A model generated the notes under the pieces. It was given only the letters and a program-made list of their open reading frames with translations, had not been told where the DNA came from and ran no database searches. A program made the translations under genes and the position numbers. Positions 18,065 to 27,716 of a DNA stretch of 64,000 nt are shown here, piece after piece. The DNA is from a bacterium (GTDB lineage: Bacteria > Sysuimicrobiota > Sysuimicrobiia > Sysuimicrobiales > Segetimicrobiaceae): positions 6,707 through 70,706 of the forward strand of contig DASYXS010000005.1 in assembly GCA_035934535.1 (NCBI GenBank), in the 5' to 3' direction. The first letter of the stretch is position 1. The number at the start of each line of letters is the position of its first letter.

Positions 18065-19171
18065 ATGGGGCGGACGCTGGCCCAGGCGCGCAAAGAGCTG
18101 ACGCAGCTCGTCCGCGACCGCCTGTCGCTCGTCCTGGCCCTGGCGCTGCCGGTCGGCCTGCTGCTCCTGCTGGGCCGGGCCTTCTCGCTCTCCGTCGCCG
18201 ACGTCCCGATCGTCGTCCAGGATCTCGACGCGTCCACGGCTTCGCAGGGTCTCATCGATGCGTTTCGCGCGTCCCGCACGTTTCACGTCGTATCGTGGCC
18301 ACCCGACCGCCAACCGGATCAGGCGCTCGCCTCGAACGCCGCCCGGGCGGCGCTGATCATCCCGCCGCATTTCGGGCGCGACGTCGCCCGCGGCGTCCCG
18401 TCGCCCGTTCAACTCCAGGCAGATGGGACGGACGCCAACACCGCCAAGCTGGTATCCGGGGACGCCGCCGAGGTCGTGGCGGCCTACAACGCACGCACCG
18501 CCGGGGCCGGCCATCCTGCCCCGGTCCAGGCGGCGATCCGCCTGTGGTACAACCCCGGTGAGTCGCCCCAGAAGTTTTACGGACCCGGAATCTTTGTCAT
18601 GGCGGTGTCCATCTTCCCGGCCCTGCTGGCCACGCTCGCCATGGCGAAAGAGGGCGAGCAGCAAACGATCCTCCAGGTATACGTGTCGAGCGTCTCGGCG
18701 TCGGAGTTCCTGCTCGGGAAGATTCTCGCGTTCATGGCCGTGGCGCTCGCCGAGACGGTCATCCTGGTCGGGCTGCTGGTGACCACGTTCGGCGTCGGCT
18801 TCGCCGGCGATCCGACGCCGTTCCTCGCCGCCACGGTCCTCTACGCGTTCTGCGTAGCCGCGTTCGGCACGATGGTGGGGGCGGCGATCCCCAACCAGGC
18901 CGCCGCGATGCAGGCCGTGGCCTTCGGCGGCTTCCTCCTCGTGCTGCTCCTGTCGGGGCTCCTGTTCCCAATCGCGAACATCCCCGCCGGCCTGCGCTGG
19001 ATCAGCAACGTTGTGTGGGGCCGATACTACATCGAGGTCGTCCGCGACGCGCTCCTGCAGGGCGGCGGGTGGGCCGCGATGTGGGACAAAGTGCTGATCA
19101 TCGGCGCGATCGGGGCGGTCTTCTACGCGGCGGCGTGGCGGACGATGCGCCGGATGCAGGTCCGCGCGTGA
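18065..19171 (+). CDS. ABC-2 type transporter permease
   Basis: 368 aa, N-terminal TM, large extracytoplasmic loop, then 5 TM segments (YbhS/YbhR-like). Confidence 0.8.
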   Translation: MGRTLAQARKELTQLVRDRLSLVLALALPVGLLLLLGRAFSLSVADVPIVVQDLDASTASQGLIDAFRASRTFHVVSWPPDRQPDQALASNAARAALIIPPHFGRDVARGVPSPVQLQADGTDANTAKLVSGDAAEVVAAYNARTAGAGHPAPVQAAIRLWYNPGESPQKFYGPGIFVMAVSIFPALLATLAMAKEGEQQTILQVYVSSVSASEFLLGKILAFMAVALAETVILVGLLVTTFGVGFAGDPTPFLAATVLYAFCVAAFGTMVGAAIPNQAAAMQAVAFGGFLLVLLLSGLLFPIANIPAGLRWISNVVWGRYYIEVVRDALLQGGGWAAMWDKVLIIGAIGAVFYAAAWRTMRRMQVRA

Positions 19172-20337
19172 CCGCGCCGCTGCGCGCGCTCCGCTCCGGC
19201 CGCCTGCGGGCGCTTGCGGGGAAGGAGTTCCGGCAGATCTTCCGGGACCGGCGCCTGGTGCTCTCGCTCACCGTTGCGCCCGTCGTGCAGCTCCTGCTGT
19301 TCGGATCGGTGCTGAACGCCAACGTGTCGAACGTGAGCCTGGGCGTCGTAGACGAGAGCCGGACGCCCGAAAGCCGGGAATTGGTAGCCGATCTGACCCA
19401 AAGCCAGGCCTTCCGCCTGGGCGGCTATTACGTCTCGGCCGGCCGCCTCGGAGACGCGCTCGGCCGGGGCGCGGTCGACGCCGGCGTCGTGATCCCGTAC
19501 GACTTTGCCCGGGATCTTGTCCGGGGCCGCCCGGCGACGGTGCAATTTCTGTTGAACGCGACGAACGTGAACACCGCCCAGATCAGCCGAGCGTACGCGC
19601 AGGGCGTGATCCAGGCCTACGATGCCGGGCTCGCCGCGCAAGGACTGCACGCGGCCTTCACGCAGATCGCCGCCACGCCGGTGAGCGGCCGGGGGACGAT
19701 CCAACTGGATCCGGCCTTCCTGTTCAATCCCGCCCTCGAGAGTTCGTGGTTTGTCACGACCGGCATCTTCGGAATGCTGATGATCCTCAACGGCACGATC
19801 ATTTCATCCACCGTGATGCTGCGGGAGCGCGAGTTCGGCACGATCGAACAGCTCCTGATGTCGCCGGCGAGCACCGCCGAGATCATGCTCGCCAAGTTCG
19901 TGCCCGTGAGTCTCCTGCTGTCCGCGATGGCGCTCGGCGCGCTCGGGCTGATGCGCCTCGCGTTCGGCGTCCCCGTCCACGGAAGCCTCGTCGTGGTCCT
20001 CGGCGGCGCGGTGCTGTGCCTTCTGGCGGGCGTCGGCCTCGGGACCATGCTCGCGACGTTCACCCAGTCGGCCGCGCAGGCGTTCCTGATGGTGTTGTTC
20101 ATCAATCCGCCGCTGGTGTCGCTGTCCGGGGCGCTCATGCCGGTGGAGGCGATGCCGAAATGGCTGCAGCCGCTGACCGTGCTGAACCCGATCTATCACT
20201 TTGCCCGGATCGCCCGCGGAGCCCTGATCAAAGGCGCCGGCTTTGAGGCCCTCTGGCCCAACTTTCTCGCGTTGCTCGCCTTCACGACGGCGCTCGTCGC
20301 GCTGAGCGTCTGGCGATTCCGCCGCCAGTTGGGGTGA
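19168..20337 (+). CDS. ABC-2 type transporter permease (second)
   Basis: GTGA overlap start at 19168; paralogous topology to the preceding permease. Confidence 0.75.
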   Translation: MTAPLRALRSGRLRALAGKEFRQIFRDRRLVLSLTVAPVVQLLLFGSVLNANVSNVSLGVVDESRTPESRELVADLTQSQAFRLGGYYVSAGRLGDALGRGAVDAGVVIPYDFARDLVRGRPATVQFLLNATNVNTAQISRAYAQGVIQAYDAGLAAQGLHAAFTQIAATPVSGRGTIQLDPAFLFNPALESSWFVTTGIFGMLMILNGTIISSTVMLREREFGTIEQLLMSPASTAEIMLAKFVPVSLLLSAMALGALGLMRLAFGVPVHGSLVVVLGGAVLCLLAGVGLGTMLATFTQSAAQAFLMVLFINPPLVSLSGALMPVEAMPKWLQPLTVLNPIYHFARIARGALIKGAGFEALWPNFLALLAFTTALVALSVWRFRRQLG

Positions 20338-20346
20338 TCGTGACGT

Positions 20347-20619
20347 CTATTTGTAGAAGTACGGGTCGAGGACGCTGACCTGGGTGATGTGATCGACGGG
20401 GAGACCGTTCGCCTGCGCGGCGCGCCGGATGGCGTCCGGGTTCGGTCCATCGTAGATGCAGTACGTCTTGGTCTTGTCCGTGCTCACGTACGAGTGAACC
20501 CAGGTGACGCCTTCGACGCCGTTCTTGCCGACCACGTTCAAGCACGCCTGCGCGCCCTCATCCGTCATAGGGATCTGCAGGCCGCCGGGAAATGTCCGCT
20601 CCACCATGTACCGGGGCAT
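20347..20619 (-). CDS. Small DUF4242-like protein (SCO4226-like alpha/beta protein)
   Basis: 90 aa beginning MPRYMVERTF, recalled as a DUF4242 hallmark; last gene of the minus-strand operon, RBS GGAGGTGA upstream. Confidence 0.45.
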   Translation of the reverse strand: MPRYMVERTFPGGLQIPMTDEGAQACLNVVGKNGVEGVTWVHSYVSTDKTKTYCIYDGPNPDAIRRAAQANGLPVDHITQVSVLDPYFYK

Positions 20620-20697
20620 TTCTCGTCACCTCCGTTGCCGAAGTACGCGCAGATTCTCGCTTGGATTCGTGCGGCCCTTCCGATCTTTTGAGATCTC

Positions 20698-21462
20698 TTA
20701 CAGGAAGATCCGGGCCGGATCGAGGCCGCGCAGCAGCGTCAGTTCGTGCTCGGTCGGGCCCTCGAGCCGCGGGACCTCCGCCGCCGTTTCCAACTTGAAG
20801 CCCGTCTGCTCCTGCACCTGATCGCGCTCCACGCCGGGCTGCAGCGCGACGAGCCGCATCCGCCCGGACGCGGGGTCGAAGTCCATCAGCGCGAGGTCGG
20901 TCACGACCGCGGTCACGCGCCCGAACGGGAGGCCCGCCCCGCGCCGGCCGCCGTCGCCGTCGATCTGCCCCGGGCTGGTCACGAAATCCAGCCGTTCCAC
21001 GAACCGCCGTCGTTCGTGCCGCGTGACGATCATGATCTCCCGGCACAGACACGCGATGTCGCAGGCGCCGCCGCTCCCGGGGAGGCGCACTTTCGGGCGC
21101 TCCACCGGTCCGATCACGCTCGTGTTGATGTTGCCGTAGGGGTCGATCTGCGCTCCGCCGAGGAAGCCGTAATCGAAGTACCCGCGCTGCGCGTAGAGGA
21201 AGATCTGCGTGATCGGCGGCAGCGCGACGGCCCGGCGCGCGCCGCGCATCTCATTCGTCGAGATCGGCAGGCGTCCGGGCTGCACCTCCAGGCCGATCGC
21301 GCCGCCTTCAACGACGATGGTCAGGCCGGGGGCGTGGGTCACGCGGGCGAGCGCGGACGCGAGCAGGGGGGTGCCCACTCCGGCAAACACCACTTTCCCG
21401 TCGGCCAGCAGCCGGCTTGCCGAGACCGCCAGCAGCTCGGACGGGGTGTAGCTCACGTTCAT
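20698..21462 (-). CDS. CoA-transferase subunit B (3-oxoacid/glutaconate CoA-transferase family)
   Basis: 254 aa; family I CoA-transferase beta subunit (core around SENG-like region ...PISTNEMRG). Confidence 0.75.
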   Translation of the reverse strand: MNVSYTPSELLAVSASRLLADGKVVFAGVGTPLLASALARVTHAPGLTIVVEGGAIGLEVQPGRLPISTNEMRGARRAVALPPITQIFLYAQRGYFDYGFLGGAQIDPYGNINTSVIGPVERPKVRLPGSGGACDIACLCREIMIVTRHERRRFVERLDFVTSPGQIDGDGGRRGAGLPFGRVTAVVTDLALMDFDPASGRMRLVALQPGVERDQVQEQTGFKLETAAEVPRLEGPTEHELTLLRGLDPARIFL

Positions 21463-22442
21463 CCGCCGGTCAACTCCCGCGCTACCCGGCGCCGTTCGAG
21501 CATCCGCGCCACGCCGAACTTGTCGAAGTACGCCTCGGCCGTCTCGGGGCCGTACACGTACTCATCGAGATAGGCCCGGGCGCCGGCGACGCCGTCCGTC
21601 GCGACGCGCTTGGCGTAGGCGTCGATGTGCTCGAGATCCACGTCGTACACGCCGTACACCTCGTGCGGATACGCGCCGTAGGGGGCTTCCACGACGGCGT
21701 CCACGGCGAAGAACGGGATGACCGTCCGGTCCGCGGTGCGCCGGATCTGGTCCGGCTCGACGATCTCCTCGGCGCTGAGCACGACGGTCTGCGCGGCCGC
21801 CGCGATGTCCGCGTCCATGTGCGGGTAGCCGTCGATCTGCGCGTTGCCGAAGGGATCGGCACGGTGGACGTGGATCAGCGCGACGTCCGGAAAGAGCGCC
21901 GGCACGAGGCACACCTGCTCGCCCGTGAACGGGCACGCCATCGTCCTGGCGCCGGTGGTGCGCAGGAGGTCGGAGCCGAGCATCGAGAGGGTGGGGAGGA
22001 AGGGCACCCCCATCGCGCCGGCGTGGTAGCGCAGGCCGATCGCAAGGTGGCTCCATTCGTCGAAGCGGGCCTGCCCGCCTTCGACGAACTCGCGGACGAT
22101 GCGGGACAGTCCCCACGGCAGCCCGATCCCGACCCAGCTCGTGACGATTTCGCGGCTGGCGCCCGCGGCCAGGAACAGCTCCGCCTCGTAGCACATCAGG
22201 CTGCGGGACAGCACGACGTCGCGCCGGCGCTGCCGCAGCACCTCGCGCAGCAAGAGCGTCGGGGTCCGCGAGTAGAGGCAGCCGCCGATCGCGATGTGGT
22301 CGCCGTCGCGGACGAGCGCGGCCGCCTCCGCGAGAGACGTCCGCTTGTCGCGCGGCGCCCGTGACTTCGCTTCGAGCCGGCGGCGGGCGTCCACGAACGT
22401 CGCGGGAGGCCGGCCGCCCGCCGGGGTGTCCGGGTTAGGCAC
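21459..22442 (-). CDS. CoA-transferase subunit A
   Basis: 327 aa; glutaconate/3-oxoadipate CoA-transferase alpha-type; overlaps subunit B start. Confidence 0.75.
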   Translation of the reverse strand: MPNPDTPAGGRPPATFVDARRRLEAKSRAPRDKRTSLAEAAALVRDGDHIAIGGCLYSRTPTLLLREVLRQRRRDVVLSRSLMCYEAELFLAAGASREIVTSWVGIGLPWGLSRIVREFVEGGQARFDEWSHLAIGLRYHAGAMGVPFLPTLSMLGSDLLRTTGARTMACPFTGEQVCLVPALFPDVALIHVHRADPFGNAQIDGYPHMDADIAAAAQTVVLSAEEIVEPDQIRRTADRTVIPFFAVDAVVEAPYGAYPHEVYGVYDVDLEHIDAYAKRVATDGVAGARAYLDEYVYGPETAEAYFDKFGVARMLERRRVARELTGG

Positions 22443-23403
22443 GCACCCGCCTCGCGCCGGGGCGCAGCCGGGGCAGGACGTCGTGCGCGATCGCCTCGAG
22501 CTGCTCCGGGCGGTACTCGTGCGGAATGAGGACGATGTGCTCCTCCCCTGCCGCGAGATGCGCCGCGAGCTGCTCCGCGCACTGCTCGGGCGTCCCCCGG
22601 ATCGAGCTCTCCGGCGTCGACTCGCTCCACGGCGCGACGTCGAAGTACCGGCCGACGAAGTCCTTGATGCCGCGGTCCGCCTCTTCGTACGAGGCCGCGA
22701 CGCAGATCGGCAGCTGGCTCACGTTGCGCAGCTCCGCGGGGTTGCGTCCCTGTTCCTCGGCGAAGCCGCGGATCTTCGCCCACGTGGCGCGAAACGTCTC
22801 GGCCGTGTAGAAGTAGGTCAGCCAGCCGTCGCCGTACCGCGCAACGCGCCGGAGCACCCGGTCGACGTAGCCGCCGATGAACAGCGGCGGGTACGGCCGC
22901 TGGACGGGCTTGGGCAGCATCACCGCCTGGTTAAAGACGTAGTTGTCGACCGAACCATTGACGCCGTCCTCTGTCCACAGCCGCCGCAAGATCTCGAGGT
23001 TCTTGACGAAGATCCGCCCCCGCTCCGCGAACGGGATGCCGCAGGCCTGAAACTCACGCTCGTACCAGCCCGCGGCGAGGCCCAGCGTCAGACGTCCTTT
23101 CGAGATCTGATCCAGGCTCGCCAGCTCCTTCGCCAGGATGACGGGGTTTCGCAGCGGCAGCACGAGGACCCCGATGCCGAGCCGCAGCCGCTGGGTTCTT
23201 GCCGCGATCGCGGTGAGGGTCGCGAGCGACTCGAGAAACGGGAACGCCCGCCGGGTGCCGAGCAGAATGTGGTCCCACGCCCACGCGGAGGCGAAGCCGA
23301 GCGATTCCGCCGTCGCCGCGTAGGCGAGGATCTTGTCGATGCTCGGCTCCGCGGTCGCGGGCGTGAAGTTCTCCAGCGCGACCCCGAATAGCGGTTCCCG
23401 CAT
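22435..23403 (-). CDS. LLM class flavin-dependent oxidoreductase (second paralog)
   Basis: 322 aa from MREPLFGVAL...; ATG at 23403 confirmed (CAT 23401-23403); RLTLGLAAGW motif. Confidence 0.75.
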   Translation of the reverse strand: MREPLFGVALENFTPATAEPSIDKILAYAATAESLGFASAWAWDHILLGTRRAFPFLESLATLTAIAARTQRLRLGIGVLVLPLRNPVILAKELASLDQISKGRLTLGLAAGWYEREFQACGIPFAERGRIFVKNLEILRRLWTEDGVNGSVDNYVFNQAVMLPKPVQRPYPPLFIGGYVDRVLRRVARYGDGWLTYFYTAETFRATWAKIRGFAEEQGRNPAELRNVSQLPICVAASYEEADRGIKDFVGRYFDVAPWSESTPESSIRGTPEQCAEQLAAHLAAGEEHIVLIPHEYRPEQLEAIAHDVLPRLRPGARRVRA

Positions 23404-25736
23404 CAGCGTCTCCCTTCGGCCTTCCCGTCCGGGCGGCGGTCCGCCGCAGGTCGGCGGGCATCGAGCGCGCGGACGACCCGCTCCGGCGTCATCGGCAGCT
23501 CCGTCAGGCGCACGCCCACGGCGTTGTGGATCGCGCTCGCGATCGCGGCCGGCGGCGGGCCGGTGGGCGGTTCGCCGATCCCGCGCGCCTGAAACGGGCC
23601 TTTGCCTTCGCCGGACTGGACGATCACGGCCTGCACGTCCGGCAGATCGAGCGATGTCGGGATCAGGTACCCGGCAAACAACGTGCTGAGGTTGTTGCCG
23701 TTCTCGACCACGACCTCCTCCGTGAGTGCCTGGCCGATTCCCATGACGGTGCCGCCCTGGATCTGGCCCTCGACGCTCTGGGGATTGATCGCCTGGCCGA
23801 CATCGTGGCACGCCGCGTACTGGAGCAGGCGGACCGCGCCGGTGTCCGTGTCCACTTCGACCTCCGCGGCGTGGCAGCCGTACGTGAAGTCCGGGAAGGT
23901 GCGTCCCTGGCCGGTCGCCAGGTCCACCGGCGGCGCCTGTTCCGCGTGAAAGGTGGCGAGGAGCGCGGCGAGGACGCCCCGGCGGCCGCACTCGGCGACC
24001 ATCCGGGCGAGGGAAATGCGCCGTTCCGGGCTGCCGGCGATCCCGACGTGATCGGCGGCAAACTCCAAGTCGCCTTCCGCGGCTTCGAGCAGTGAGGCGG
24101 CGACGGGGGCCACCTGCTCGCGCAGTTCGCGCGCGCCGCGGAGGACCGCGTTGCCGGACATGTACAATTGGCGCGTCGCGAACGTGCCGCCTGAGAGCGG
24201 CGTGAGGGCGCTGTCGCCGACATGCACGGTGATCCGATCGAGCGATACGCCGAGCACCTCCGACGCGATTTGGGCCAGCGAGGCCGCCTGGCCGCCGCCG
24301 AGGTCGGGCACGCCGGAGCGGATCACGAGCGAGCCGTCGGATTCGAAGCCGAGCCACGCGCCGGCGCGGTCTCTAAACCAGACCGTCCGGCCGTAGGGCT
24401 GGATGTTGCAGGCAAACCCGCGGCCGACCCTGGCCGACGGGCCCGACGGCCGGCTGCGCTCGCCGAGCGCGGTGGTGGCGCGCCGCACGAGTTCGGGCAG
24501 CGCGACATGGGTCTCGACGGACTCGCCGGTCGGGAGGCGGTCGCCCTTCGCGAGGAAGTTGCGCGCCCGGATCTCCTCCGGGGCGAGGCCCAGCCGCTCG
24601 GCGAGAGCGTCCATCTGCGACTCGTAGGCGAACGTGACCTGCATCGCGCCGAACCCGCGCATCGCGCTCGACGGGACGTTGTTGGTGAAGACCGCCCGGG
24701 CGTCGATGGCGACGTTCGGAATCTTGTACGGGCCGGCGCCGGTGACAAGCGCCGCGAACAGCACCCGCGGGCTGAGCAGCGGGTAGGGGCCGGCGTCGGC
24801 GACGAGCGAGATTTCCTGCGCGACGAGGCGGCCGTCGCGGGTGGCCCCCGTTTTGTACCGCATCGTGAACGGATGCCGCTTTGGGCGGGCCAACAGCGAG
24901 TCGTAGCGGCTCCACACCATGCGCACCGGCCGTCCCGTCTTCCACGCCAGCAGCGCGAGGTACGGCTCGACGGTCATGTCCTCTTTGCCGCCGAACCCGC
25001 CGCCGAGAAACGGCGTGACGACGCGGACGCGATTGTGCGGCACGCCGAGCATCTCCGCGATCTCCCGGAAGTGTTCGATGACCTGCGACGACGCCCGGAC
25101 GTTGACCACGTCTTGCGCGTCGATCCAGGCGACGCCGGCCTCCGGTTCGAGGTAGGCATGGTCCACGCGCTGGGTGCGGTACGTCTCGTCGACCACGGCG
25201 TCCGCGCGCCGGAACCCCTCGGCGACGTCGCCGCGCCGCAGCGTCCAGTGGACGAGCACGTTGTCCCGGCCGTCGTGAACGCGCGGCGCATCGGGAGCCA
25301 GGGCGCGCTCGGCGTCGAACAACCCCGGCAGCGGCTCGTACTCGATCTCGATCGCTTCGAGCGCTGCCTGCGCCCGCTCCGCGGAATCCGCCGCCACGAG
25401 CGCCATCGGTTCGCCCTGATAGCACACCCGCCCGGCGGCGAGGACCGGCGTGGCGAACCGGATCAGGCCGATGCCGGTCGGGTCTTCCTCGACGGCGTTG
25501 TGGGGCACATCGGCGGCGGTCAGCACCGCCGCGACGCCCGGGATCGCCCGGGCCCGGGCGACGTCGAGCCGGCGAATCCGCGCCGACGCGTGGAGGGAGC
25601 GAAGGACCGCCCCGGCGAGCATGCCCGGCAGCGCCCAGTCCGCCGCGTAGCGGGTGGTTCCGCGGATCTTATCGACCGCGTCGAAGCGGGGCTGCGGTCT
25701 GCCGACGACCCGGTACTCTACGCGCCGGCTATCCAC
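23403..25736 (-). CDS. Xanthine dehydrogenase family molybdopterin-binding large subunit (orphan; no adjacent FAD/FeS subunits)
   Basis: Paralog of 2331-4682 (VVGRP...YAADW, SSAMRGFGAMQ); start placed at GTG 25736 (MDSRRVEYRVVGRP), which overlaps the upstream PxpA-like gene by 19 nt; start uncertain. Confidence 0.75.
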   Translation of the reverse strand: MDSRRVEYRVVGRPQPRFDAVDKIRGTTRYAADWALPGMLAGAVLRSLHASARIRRLDVARARAIPGVAAVLTAADVPHNAVEEDPTGIGLIRFATPVLAAGRVCYQGEPMALVAADSAERAQAALEAIEIEYEPLPGLFDAERALAPDAPRVHDGRDNVLVHWTLRRGDVAEGFRRADAVVDETYRTQRVDHAYLEPEAGVAWIDAQDVVNVRASSQVIEHFREIAEMLGVPHNRVRVVTPFLGGGFGGKEDMTVEPYLALLAWKTGRPVRMVWSRYDSLLARPKRHPFTMRYKTGATRDGRLVAQEISLVADAGPYPLLSPRVLFAALVTGAGPYKIPNVAIDARAVFTNNVPSSAMRGFGAMQVTFAYESQMDALAERLGLAPEEIRARNFLAKGDRLPTGESVETHVALPELVRRATTALGERSRPSGPSARVGRGFACNIQPYGRTVWFRDRAGAWLGFESDGSLVIRSGVPDLGGGQAASLAQIASEVLGVSLDRITVHVGDSALTPLSGGTFATRQLYMSGNAVLRGARELREQVAPVAASLLEAAEGDLEFAADHVGIAGSPERRISLARMVAECGRRGVLAALLATFHAEQAPPVDLATGQGRTFPDFTYGCHAAEVEVDTDTGAVRLLQYAACHDVGQAINPQSVEGQIQGGTVMGIGQALTEEVVVENGNNLSTLFAGYLIPTSLDLPDVQAVIVQSGEGKGPFQARGIGEPPTGPPPAAIASAIHNAVGVRLTELPMTPERVVRALDARRPAADRRPDGKAEGRR

Positions 25737-26506
25737 GTCCCGAGCGCCGCGACCTCGACGCCCGCCCCCTCGAGCAAGCCACGGAGGCTCCGCACCGCGG
25801 CGCGCGAGGGCGCGTGATCGCCGTGGAGGCAGATCGTGTCCACCTGGACCTCCACGGGCGTGCCGTCCACGGCGGGAATCCGTCCGTCCCGCACCGCGCC
25901 GACGGCCCGGCGGCACATCTCGTCCGGATCCATCAGCATCGCGTCGGGCCGGCGCCGGCTGGCCAGCGTGCCGTCCGGCATATAGGCCCGGTCCAGGAAG
26001 AACTCCCGCGCCACCCGAAGGCCGGCGGCCCGGACCTGGGCGGCGAGCCGCGAATGCGGCGTCGCGACGACGGCGAGGTGCGGATCGATGCGTTTGACCG
26101 CGGCGGCGATTGCGCCCGCGGTCCCCTCGTCCACCTCGGCCACGTTGTAGAGGGCGCCGTGCGGCTTCACGTGCTGGAGCCGCCCCCCGAGGGCTTCGAC
26201 CATGCCGCGCACCGCCGCCACCTGGTAGAGCACGAGATCATCGACTTCCTGCGGCGCGAGATCCATCTTGTGCCGGCCGAACCCGATGAGGTCCTGATAG
26301 CCGGGATGCGCGCCGATCGCCACGTGGTGGCGCCGCAGCAGCTCGACCGTCTTGCGGATCGTCGCCGGATCGCTGGCGTGAAAGCCGCACGCGATGTGCG
26401 CCGAGGTGAGGTACGGCGCGATCTCCTCGTCCTGCCCCATGGGCCACCGGCCCAGGGATTCCCCCATGTCCGCGGAGATGTCCACGCGCCGCGACGCCGC
26501 TGCCAT
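25718..26506 (-). CDS. 5-oxoprolinase subunit A / LamB-YcsF family lactam hydrolase (PxpA-like)
   Basis: 262 aa; LamB/YcsF family conserved regions (ISADMGES..., AHIACGFHASD, ICLHGD); no pxpB/pxpC nearby. Confidence 0.8.
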   Translation of the reverse strand: MAAASRRVDISADMGESLGRWPMGQDEEIAPYLTSAHIACGFHASDPATIRKTVELLRRHHVAIGAHPGYQDLIGFGRHKMDLAPQEVDDLVLYQVAAVRGMVEALGGRLQHVKPHGALYNVAEVDEGTAGAIAAAVKRIDPHLAVVATPHSRLAAQVRAAGLRVAREFFLDRAYMPDGTLASRRRPDAMLMDPDEMCRRAVGAVRDGRIPAVDGTPVEVQVDTICLHGDHAPSRAAVRSLRGLLEGAGVEVAALGTWIAGA

Positions 26507-26646
26507 CGACGGGCCTCCTTCTCCTGGCGAAGATCTGCCGATGTAGGACCAGAGCCGACGGGCCCACTAATTCGGTTCCGCGATCGATGAGCCCTCTCCG
26601 GGCGTCCCGGCAGGGCGCGTGCGCGCGCGGTCAGAACCCTAGGAGC

Positions 26647-27681
26647 ATGGATTGGGAACGGCGTCGGCGTCCGGTGGACAGCGTGCTCGATACCGCGGGG
26701 CTCACCCCGCTCGTCAGGCTGCAGCGGGTCACCGGCCCGGCGTCTGCGGCGGTGTTGGCCAAGCTGGAGTTTTTCGGGCCGAGCGGGAGCGTCAAGGATC
26801 GCATCCTCCCGTACCTCGTCGCGGAGGCGGAGCGGCGGGGTGAGCTGCGAGCGGGCATGATCGTGATCGAGGGGACGACCGGTAATACGGGGATCGCCAC
26901 CGCGATGGTCGGCGCGGCGAAGGGCTACCGGGTCATCATCGTGATGCCGGCGGGCATGAGCCGGGAGCGGCAGGACGTGATTCGCGCCTACGGCGCCGAG
27001 CTGGTACTGACACCCGGCGGGGAGAGCGACGTCGACCTCGTCCTCGACAAGGTCCGCGCGCTCAAGGCCGAGCACGGGGCGAACATCTGGGAGGTCGGAC
27101 AGTTCACCAACGTCGACAACGTGCGCGCGCATATGCAGACGACGGGCCCGGAGATCTGGGAGCAGACGGAGGGACGGGTCGACGCCTTCGTCGCGGCGCA
27201 GGGGACCGGCGGCACGCTGACCGGCGTGAGCGCGTACCTCAAAGCCAAACGCCCCGATGTGCTGTGCTTTGCGGTCGAGCCGGCCGAATGCGCGATCCTC
27301 GCGGGGCGCGGGTGGGGGCCGCATCGGATCGAGGGGATCGGGGACGGGTTCATCCCGGAGGTGCTCGACTTGAAGTGGGTGGACGGCGTCGTGACCGTGT
27401 CCTCGGACGACGCGATCGCGATGGCCCGCCGGCTGGCGCGTGAGGAGGGCATCTTCTGCGGCATCTCCTCGGGATGCAACGTCGCGGCGTGCCTGAAGCT
27501 CAGCCGGCGCTACCCGCGCCTTGGGACGATTGTGACGATGATCAACGACAACGGGCTGCGCTACCTGACGACGGAACTGTGCGGCGCGGCGCCCGATCTC
27601 ACGGTGCCGGACCGCGACCACGCGCCGCGGCCGGACGACGCGCGCCGGCTCGCCGGCAAGCCGCTCACGGTCGTCGAATAG
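26647..27681 (+). CDS. Cysteine synthase family PLP-dependent enzyme (CysK/CysM-like) with C-terminal tail
   Basis: ATG 26647 (MDWERRRR..., RBS AGGAGC); PLP Lys motif SVKDR, GTTGNTG loop, GISSG; ~35 aa C-terminal extension. Confidence 0.8.
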   Translation: MDWERRRRPVDSVLDTAGLTPLVRLQRVTGPASAAVLAKLEFFGPSGSVKDRILPYLVAEAERRGELRAGMIVIEGTTGNTGIATAMVGAAKGYRVIIVMPAGMSRERQDVIRAYGAELVLTPGGESDVDLVLDKVRALKAEHGANIWEVGQFTNVDNVRAHMQTTGPEIWEQTEGRVDAFVAAQGTGGTLTGVSAYLKAKRPDVLCFAVEPAECAILAGRGWGPHRIEGIGDGFIPEVLDLKWVDGVVTVSSDDAIAMARRLAREEGIFCGISSGCNVAACLKLSRRYPRLGTIVTMINDNGLRYLTTELCGAAPDLTVPDRDHAPRPDDARRLAGKPLTVVE

Positions 27682-27716
27682 CCGTCGGGCGCGGCGGATG
27701 CAGGCGGAGGCGGGCG

